Shown: one piece after another, positions 17,356 through 23,878 of the stretch
How positions within the stretch are numbered: position 1 is the stretch's first letter
Layout: each line of letters opens with the position of its first letter
Origin: Candidatus Micrarchaeia archaeon
Lineage (GTDB): Archaea; Micrarchaeota; Micrarchaeia; Micrarchaeales; CABMGC01
Assembly (NCBI GenBank): GCA_049964835.1
Contig: JBMFWW010000010.1
Coordinates: 1 to 23,878, forward strand
DNA length: 23,878 nucleotides
Reading direction: 5' to 3'
Made by a program: the position numbers and the translations under genes
Notes under the pieces: generated by a model
Databases searched by the model: none
What the model saw: the letters and a program-made list of their open reading frames with translations, nothing else
What the model was told of the DNA's origin: nothing

Positions 17356-18142
17356 TTCAAAACCATATATTATACGAGTTGCTTCACAAAAAGGCGGAGT
17401 AGGAAAAACTACAATTGCAGTTAATATGGCATCATGTATACAAGATCTTGGTTATAATGTGCTTTTAGTAGATTGCGATACAACAAATCCAAGTGTTGGT
17501 TTGCATTTAGGTCTTGAAAGTGCAGCTATAGGTTATAAACAATTAATAAAAGGTAAATCAAAGCTTTCTGAAGCATTAATTATACATCCACCTACTGGAA
17601 TAAAAGCAATAGTAGGGTCAATAAATACAAAGCCATTTATAACAACTGAATATGAGTCAAGAAGATTTATAGACTCTTTAAGGAAAACTGATTTCGATTT
17701 TATTATACTTGATACACAGCCTGGATATTATGTTGCAGAAGAGGTTGGTTTTGTAGATGAGACATTACTTATAACTACTCCGGATATGCCAAGCTGCACA
17801 AGCATAATGCGATCTGTTGCAGTTCTTGAAAAGGAAAAGTTAAAGAACAGTCTTTTAATTAATCGTGTAAAAAACAAGAATTATGAAATAAACAAGCGTG
17901 AAATAGAGGAGATGTATCCTGGAAGAATAGTGGGAAGTGTTCCAGAATCAGAGATAGTTCCAATAAGTATAGCAGAGCGTATTCCAGCATATATACTTCA
18001 AAGAAGGAGCAACTTCTCAAACTCAATTTATTATTCATTGGGTGTTTATGTTAGCAGAAGAGATACATATCCTGACGGAAGTAAAAAATTCAAAAGACAA
18101 AGTTTCTTTTCGAGACTTTTCAGAAGAAAGTACTCATATTAA
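17330..18142 (+). CDS. minD: MinD/ParA-family ATPase
   Basis: Deviant Walker A SQKGGVGKTT, VDCD, IILDTQPG, LINRV and a C-terminal amphipathic SFFSRLF. GTG start overlaps the upstream gene. Confidence 0.85.
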   Translation: MSRLNEENNSKPYIIRVASQKGGVGKTTIAVNMASCIQDLGYNVLLVDCDTTNPSVGLHLGLESAAIGYKQLIKGKSKLSEALIIHPPTGIKAIVGSINTKPFITTEYESRRFIDSLRKTDFDFIILDTQPGYYVAEEVGFVDETLLITTPDMPSCTSIMRSVAVLEKEKLKNSLLINRVKNKNYEINKREIEEMYPGRIVGSVPESEIVPISIAERIPAYILQRRSNFSNSIYYSLGVYVSRRDTYPDGSKKFKRQSFFSRLFRRKYSY

Positions 18143-18157
18143 TTTATGAATTGATCT

Positions 18158-20416
18158 TTAATTCTTGTTGCTTTGTTCATGGTCTTGTTCTATTTTTCTC
18201 TTTTGTTTTTGTGAAACTGGCAATACAAACCAAAATGTACTGCCCTTTCCAGATTCTGAGTTGACACCTATTCTTCCTCCATGTAAACTTACTATCTCTT
18301 TGGCTATGCTTAATCCAAGCCCCGTTCCCGTACCTTCAGGTCTAGTTAGAGTACTTGTTTCCTTTTTAACTTGGAAAAACTTCTTAAATAGTTTACTTTT
18401 ATACTCTTTATTTATTCCAATTCCGGTATCATTCACCTCAACTTTGACCATAGGATTCTTTTTGCTTCCATGATTCTTTACAGAAACGGTGACCCCTCCC
18501 TTTTCGGTAAATTTTAGTGCATTATCTATAAGATTCACAAAAACCTGTATTAATCTGTTCGGATCAGACTCTACTTTATATGTTTCCGGATCCACCGTAA
18601 AACTTAAAGTTATCCCTTTATTTGTTGCTACGCCTTCTAGAGACTTTATTATGGGGCTCTCTTTAATGTCGTTGAAATCGACCGGTTTTATGTCAAGTTT
18701 TATCTTTTTAGACTCTAACTTTGCAACATCAAGTATTTGGGATATGAGCTGCAATAATCTATTTCCTTCATTTATTATTATTCCCAGTGTTCTTTTCTGT
18801 TCTTCATTAAGTTGCCCAAACTCCTCTCCAAGCATAAGTTTTGAGAAACCCATTATATTGGTTATTGGTGTTTTAAGATCATGTGATATATTATATATGA
18901 ATTGGGTTTTTAGTTGACTTTCATACTGTAGTTTTTCTGCTTTTTTATTAAGTTCATTTAGCAGTTCTAATGACTCTTTCAATTTCTTTTTAGTAATAAG
19001 TTCCCTTCCTATAAAGATGTAACCTTTTACCTTCCCATCTACTTCAAAAATAGGTTTTACAGTTTGAGAAGAAGGCAAAATCTCTCCATCAATCTTACTT
19101 ACAATGCCTATCTCCATTCCATTTAGTACTCCGCCTTTCTTGACTATGTCTAATGCTGTATTTATCCTTCTTTGACTTTCATTATCTGGGCATATGCTAG
19201 ATATAGAAATTCCATTTATTGAGTTTATATTATATCCTGTTATTTTTTCAAAGCTTTCATTAGCCTCTTTTATATAACCCATACTATCTGTAGTTATTAT
19301 CATATCTCCTGAAAATGATATAATGTCGTTTAATGTTTTTTTGAGTATATTTGCATACTTTTCATTATTTTTCCAAACAATAGCGGCTGAAATTTCCTTA
19401 TTTTTAAATATAAAAATTTTCACATCAGAAGAGTAAAGTTCTCCAACTTTAATAAAAGAATCTAAAAGTTTTGTATTTTCTAATTTATCCAGTTCTTTTT
19501 GTAACTCCTTGTCTTTAAAAAATGTTATAAATGGTCTGCCTATAAAATACTCTTTCTGCAAATTATTATAGTCTTCTAATCCACCATAAACATTCAAAAT
19601 ATTTAATTTTTGATCAAGTAAAAAGTAAAGCTGATTCTTGCTCGAGTCTATAACGCTTTCTATGGCTTTATTTTCAATATCCCCTGTTACATCATTAAAA
19701 GCAATGTGATATGTAGAATCATCTATTTTATTTACATAAAAGTCGAATACCCTCTTTGAATTAATCAGCTTTATTGAAGATTGGTCTTTTTTTGAAGGTT
19801 CAAATTTTTCAGGAAAGGCAAAAATATTGTCTATTGAAAGATTTAATATATCACCCATATTTCTTTCTAGTAAATCATTAAACTTTTTGTTGTATCTTAA
19901 TATTTTTCCTTCATTATTAATTATCACTTGCGGTGTAATACTTTCAAAGGCAGAGTCAAAGTATCTTGAGAGGATCTGATTCTTTTTATTTTCTACTCGT
20001 TTTTCATACAACTCTCCTACCCTCTCCGAAATCAAAGTATATGCTTGCAAACTCTTCTGTTCGAAGGCATTTTCTTTTTTGCTTAAAAATGTTAATATTC
20101 CAAATTGTATAGTTTTAGTAAATATCGGTATTAATAAACAGCTCTTGTAACCTTTATTTTTGTAATTTATTAGTTCTGAAAAGGCCGAATAACCGCTAAG
20201 ATTATCATCTACATATGGTTTTCCAGTATTTATAAGAAAATCATCAGTCTGAGTCCTATCATTTACATTTATGTAAATATCCTTAGATTCAAAATCATCA
20301 GCATTTAAAAGTTTTTTTAAGCTCTCTCCAATGCGCATAAGTAGTTCATTGTCAGGTATACTATCGGTAGTTTTTACTTTTATAGCATCTAATATATCTA
20401 ATATCTTAACTTCCAT
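18158..20416 (-). CDS. Cytoplasmic GAF/PAS sensor histidine kinase
   Basis: H-box SHDLKTP, N-box NLIDNALKF, G1 DTGIGI and G2 GTGLGL. GAF-like (CLLIPI...FGILTF) and PAS-like segments, no TM. Start placed at MEVKIL (20416) to avoid overlapping fibrillarin. Confidence 0.92.
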   Translation of the reverse strand: MEVKILDILDAIKVKTTDSIPDNELLMRIGESLKKLLNADDFESKDIYINVNDRTQTDDFLINTGKPYVDDNLSGYSAFSELINYKNKGYKSCLLIPIFTKTIQFGILTFLSKKENAFEQKSLQAYTLISERVGELYEKRVENKKNQILSRYFDSAFESITPQVIINNEGKILRYNKKFNDLLERNMGDILNLSIDNIFAFPEKFEPSKKDQSSIKLINSKRVFDFYVNKIDDSTYHIAFNDVTGDIENKAIESVIDSSKNQLYFLLDQKLNILNVYGGLEDYNNLQKEYFIGRPFITFFKDKELQKELDKLENTKLLDSFIKVGELYSSDVKIFIFKNKEISAAIVWKNNEKYANILKKTLNDIISFSGDMIITTDSMGYIKEANESFEKITGYNINSINGISISSICPDNESQRRINTALDIVKKGGVLNGMEIGIVSKIDGEILPSSQTVKPIFEVDGKVKGYIFIGRELITKKKLKESLELLNELNKKAEKLQYESQLKTQFIYNISHDLKTPITNIMGFSKLMLGEEFGQLNEEQKRTLGIIINEGNRLLQLISQILDVAKLESKKIKLDIKPVDFNDIKESPIIKSLEGVATNKGITLSFTVDPETYKVESDPNRLIQVFVNLIDNALKFTEKGGVTVSVKNHGSKKNPMVKVEVNDTGIGINKEYKSKLFKKFFQVKKETSTLTRPEGTGTGLGLSIAKEIVSLHGGRIGVNSESGKGSTFWFVLPVSQKQKRKIEQDHEQSNKN

Positions 20417-20476
20417 TATTATACCTAGAAATTTATATGTTAATATATTGAATATGTATAAAAACATGTGTCTAAA

Positions 20477-21136
20477 ATGCAAGTAAATAAAATATTTGAT
20501 GGAGTTTACAAAATAAAAAACAAACTCGCTACTAAAAATCTAGTTCCTGGAGTAAAAGTATACGATGAGGAGCTAATAAAAATAGAAGACATAGAGTATA
20601 GAACTTGGAATCCATATAGGAGCAAACTTTCGGCATCAATACTGAATGGTTTGTCAGAACTTAGTATAAAAAAGGATAGCAACGTTTTGTATCTTGGCGC
20701 TTCAACAGGAACCACTGCAAGCCATGTCAGTGACATAGTCGGAATAAACGGAACAGTTTATGCTGTTGAGATATCTAAGCGTAGCATGGTAGATTTACTT
20801 AATTTATGTGATAAGAGGCATAATATGCTACCCCTCTTTGAAGATGCAGGAAATACGGAGAGTTATGGCAAAGATATAGAAAATATAGATGTTATCTATC
20901 AGGACATAGCAGCACCAAACCAGGCACAAATACTAATAAAAAATTCTGTTTTTATTAAAAAGGGCGCATCATCCTATGTTGCCATAAAGTCGCAAAGCAT
21001 AGATGTTTCAAAGGATCCAAAACAGGTGTTCGAAGAGTTTATATCTGAAATTTCAGGAACATTTTCTGTAATACAGAAAGTCAGAATAGAACCTTTTGAT
21101 AAATTACATTTGTTTTTGCATTTAAAGAAAAAATAA
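20477..21136 (+). CDS. flpA: Fibrillarin-like rRNA/tRNA 2'-O-methyltransferase
   Basis: VYDEE, YRTWNPYRSKL, VLYLGASTGTT.SHVSD and YQDIA.P.Q motifs. Confidence 0.96.
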   Translation: MQVNKIFDGVYKIKNKLATKNLVPGVKVYDEELIKIEDIEYRTWNPYRSKLSASILNGLSELSIKKDSNVLYLGASTGTTASHVSDIVGINGTVYAVEISKRSMVDLLNLCDKRHNMLPLFEDAGNTESYGKDIENIDVIYQDIAAPNQAQILIKNSVFIKKGASSYVAIKSQSIDVSKDPKQVFEEFISEISGTFSVIQKVRIEPFDKLHLFLHLKKK

Positions 21137-21232
21137 ATATAGTAAATCAAAGCACATTCCGAAACATAACTTCATGAAAGTAATATAAGCATATTTATTG
21201 AATTAAATTACTGGCAAAGTAGTGGTAAAGTC

Positions 21233-22039
21233 ATGGAAAATAGTAAGTATTACATAAATATTTTAAAAAACTCAATTAATAACTTTAAAGAAGTAGAATG
21301 CAAAAACTGTACTTATAAAACACTAATATGTGGAAACTTTGGCTTTTGCAATGTATGTGAACTTGGATTTGACATAGAGCAGAACTTTTTGCCTGAAAAA
21401 TCAGCACTTGAAGAGATTAGTACATTTATTGGAAAAGGCATGATTGCTGAAGCTGTATTATCACTTGATAAACTCTCTAAAGTTGCAACAACACCAAAGT
21501 TAGCTTACGTTTTAGGAGTATTTTATAGTTTGATATCTGATTATAAATACAACGATCTAAATTACGCAAGAGCGGGCTTTATGGAAGAGAACTCATCAAA
21601 TATATACTACTCACTAGATATGGTTTCAAAAGCAAAAGAACAATTTTATAAGACCCTGACACTCATATCAAAATCAGAAAATTTAGGAAGTGATATTCTA
21701 TACTTAAATTTCATAACAAATGTAAGGTTAAAACGTTCTTTTTACATGCTTTCTTCTTTAAAAGCATTAAATCAAAATAAAACTGGAGAAGTTTACAATA
21801 ATTATGCAAATATGGTCTATGCTGTATTGTCAAAACATAAAGACACAGAGAAATTTATAAAACCACTAATAAATAACGAGTTAAATACTTTTTATTACGC
21901 ATCAAAGCATCTATATCAAAATAAAAAGATAGATGACTCATTTTTCCTGTTAACTGAATTAAACAGTATAGCAAGGATTCCTATGGCATTTTATTTTTCC
22001 AAAAAAGTTGAAAATATAAGGAGTGCGATAGAGATATAA
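21233..22039 (+). CDS. Hypothetical protein with N-terminal Cys cluster and helical (TPR-like) body
   Basis: CKNC-x6-C-x5-CNVC followed by Ala/Leu/Tyr-rich predicted helices. Confidence 0.7.
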   Translation: MENSKYYINILKNSINNFKEVECKNCTYKTLICGNFGFCNVCELGFDIEQNFLPEKSALEEISTFIGKGMIAEAVLSLDKLSKVATTPKLAYVLGVFYSLISDYKYNDLNYARAGFMEENSSNIYYSLDMVSKAKEQFYKTLTLISKSENLGSDILYLNFITNVRLKRSFYMLSSLKALNQNKTGEVYNNYANMVYAVLSKHKDTEKFIKPLINNELNTFYYASKHLYQNKKIDDSFFLLTELNSIARIPMAFYFSKKVENIRSAIEI

Positions 22040-22047
22040 AAATTTAT

Positions 22048-22093
22048 CAAAGTAGGCGTAAAACCCAAATGCTTTAGCGATGGGGGACGTCAC
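22048..22093 (+). mobile_element. Solo IS200/IS605-type end hairpin (46-bp remnant)
   Basis: CCCA-aat-GC-TTTA-GC-ga-TGGG hairpin ending in GACGTCAC, which matches the TCAC right-end style of this family. No transposase adjacent. Confidence 0.65.
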
Positions 22094-22154
22094 TATACTA
22101 ATGTATCAAAATATCATAAATAAAAAATATTGATTATTTTTTCTCAAAAAGAGA

Positions 22155-23594
22155 TCAGCCCTTAACTACAATTACTGGTTTATTCTTTACTACAATCTTT
22201 GCTATTCCTGCTTTTTCAATAACATTTACAACATCATCTGGATTCTTATAAGCCCATTCTGCCTCTTCGCTTATTAGCTTTCTAGTTCTAACACGTATTT
22301 CAATGTTTTTTTCTTTCAAAATGTCAAATGTTTTGTTTGATGGTATTTCACGAAGAGCCTGGTGTCTTGACATGACCCTTCCAGAACCATGGCACGCGCT
22401 TCCAAAGCTCTCTTTCATAGAACCCTCCATTCCACATAGAACATAACTTCCAGTACTCATACTCCCAGGTATTATTACCGGCTGTCCAACGTTTCTATAC
22501 TCTAAAGGAAGCTCTTTAGTTCCTTTTGGGAAAGCGCGAGTAGCACCCTTCCTGTGTATATACAACATACGTGTCTTACCCTCAACTTTATGCTCTTCAT
22601 ATTTAGCTATATTGTGTGCAACGTCATATAATAACTCCATTCCCAAAGCTTCATAATCATTTTTGAATACCTCTTCAAAGCTTTTTCTAATTAAATGGGT
22701 AATCATCTGCCTGTTTGTAAAAGCAAAGTTTACGGCGCAGTTCATAGCCATTATATACTCATCGGCCTCCTTGCTTCCGACCTTTGCGTAGCTTAGCTCT
22801 TTATCCGGAAGCACTATGTTGTTTTTCTGTTGATATGTAACTAGTATCCTAAGGAAGTCGCTGCATATCTGGTGTCCAAAGCCGCGAGAGCCAGTATGTA
22901 CCATTATGACTATTTGATCTTTTTCTAATCCGTACGCTTTAGCTAGCTCATCATCGAAGAGCTTCTCAACCTTCTGAACTTCTAAGAAGTGGTTGCCTGC
23001 GCCTAGAGTGCCTAGCTGGTTTAAGCCTCTTTTCTTAGCATCCTTACTTACTTTGGAAAAGTCAGCTCCCGAAAGTTTGCCATGCTCCTCTATTCTGTCT
23101 ATGTCTTTTTTATTGCCATAGCCCTTTTCTACAATGTATTTTACACCTTCTTGGGATATCTGCTCAAGATCACTTTCTTTAAAGCCTATATTTAGCTTGC
23201 TCCCAACGCCTGTTGGTACATTTTTAAACAACATATCTGATAATACCTTTACCTGTGGCTTAATATCTTTATAGCTAAGATTTGTTTTTATTAACCTAAC
23301 CCCACAATTTATATCAAAGCCTACCGCTCCTGGCGATATTATACCATTTTTTCCATCAAAAGCCGCTACTCCGCCAACTGGAAATCCATACCCTTGATGA
23401 CCATCCGGCATAACAAGTACATCTCCGACTAGGCTTGGCAATTTAGACGCATTTACTGCCTGCTGCACAGTGCTATCAGTTTTCATTTTTTCAAGCATAT
23501 CTTCTGTGCTGTAAAATACCACTCCTCCATTCATATCCTTTTCTTTAGGTATTCTAAATTTGACCTCTGAAATCTTTTCTATATTATACTCCAT
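22155..23594 (-). CDS. rtcB: tRNA-splicing ligase RtcB
   Basis: MPDGHQGYGFPVGGV, GFDINCG, GTLGAGNHFLE, HTGSRG, HRKGAT, PGSM and HGSGR motifs. Confidence 0.98.
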   Translation of the reverse strand: MEYNIEKISEVKFRIPKEKDMNGGVVFYSTEDMLEKMKTDSTVQQAVNASKLPSLVGDVLVMPDGHQGYGFPVGGVAAFDGKNGIISPGAVGFDINCGVRLIKTNLSYKDIKPQVKVLSDMLFKNVPTGVGSKLNIGFKESDLEQISQEGVKYIVEKGYGNKKDIDRIEEHGKLSGADFSKVSKDAKKRGLNQLGTLGAGNHFLEVQKVEKLFDDELAKAYGLEKDQIVIMVHTGSRGFGHQICSDFLRILVTYQQKNNIVLPDKELSYAKVGSKEADEYIMAMNCAVNFAFTNRQMITHLIRKSFEEVFKNDYEALGMELLYDVAHNIAKYEEHKVEGKTRMLYIHRKGATRAFPKGTKELPLEYRNVGQPVIIPGSMSTGSYVLCGMEGSMKESFGSACHGSGRVMSRHQALREIPSNKTFDILKEKNIEIRVRTRKLISEEAEWAYKNPDDVVNVIEKAGIAKIVVKNKPVIVVKG

Positions 23595-23755
23595 AAAAAT
23601 AACACATAATACTAAACTTTTTATTCAAACTAATTATTAAAATCATAAATAAAATTAATCAAACCGAATATTTATAATATGTATATATATGCGAAGAGTT
23701 ATATTAAATTATCTTACGCCAATTCAATTAATGCTAATATTATAAGAGTATTTAA

Positions 23756-23878
23756 CAACGTGAGCGGGAAATCCCACACTCTTTAGAGGTGGGATGAAAG
23801 TGAACCGCAAAGTATATAAATATATAATACTAAATAATACTATGCGATTGATAAGAAAGGTATGGAAGAAAGGAGCCA
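23756..23878 (+). mobile_element. Probable left end of an IS200/IS605-family element running off the window
   Basis: ATCCCAC-a-CTC-TTTA-GAG-GTGGGAT hairpin (23771-23795) preceded by TTTAA. It is followed by a TATA-like tract and ATGs at 23842 and 23862, both open to the edge. Confidence 0.7.

Noticed and set aside
20417..20482. Overlapping starts of the histidine kinase and fibrillarin in the ORF track
   Set aside because: Downstream ATGs (20416 and 20477) remove the overlap and leave a normal divergent promoter gap.
1620..20736. Short alternative-frame and antisense ORFs in the track (1620, 2169, 3918, 6788, 9024, 10614, 11606, 11707, 12026, 13515, 14995, 16452, 18165, 18489, 20506)
   Set aside because: All lie wholly or mostly within well-supported genes and show no recognisable motifs.
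22055..23720. GGCGTAA/TTACGCC inverted pair flanking rtcB as a composite transposon
   Set aside because: Only 7 bp, which could easily arise by chance, and no target duplication is seen.

Overview
AT-rich archaeal chromosomal DNA. It is most consistent with an acidophilic DPANN/Micrarchaeota (ARMAN-like) genome, inferred from archaeal NAC, fibrillarin, TyrS and RtcB, a multi-intron tRNA, and LamG proteins with class III signal peptides. In order it carries: a CDS tail and a putative IS5-type MITE; two pilin-signal LamG adhesins; lipA convergent on split lplB-lplA; nac; DUF424; a processive GT2; tRNA-Ser(CGA) with two non-canonical introns; tyrS; ftsZ; four secreted or membrane-anchored proteins plus a MinD-like ATPase; an orphan cytoplasmic histidine kinase; fibrillarin; a Zn-finger protein; rtcB; and two IS200/IS605-type hairpins. 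The best candidate for an undescribed system is 13915-18142. It reads like an usher-less donor-strand (Csu/WxL-like) filament locus, with a pilin-like subunit carrying N- and C-terminal cysteines, a membrane-anchored chaperone-like protein, a large anchor with a matching N-terminal strand, and MinD. All calls come from reading motifs by eye; no searches were run. Several starts were moved from the ORF track to more plausible ATGs.
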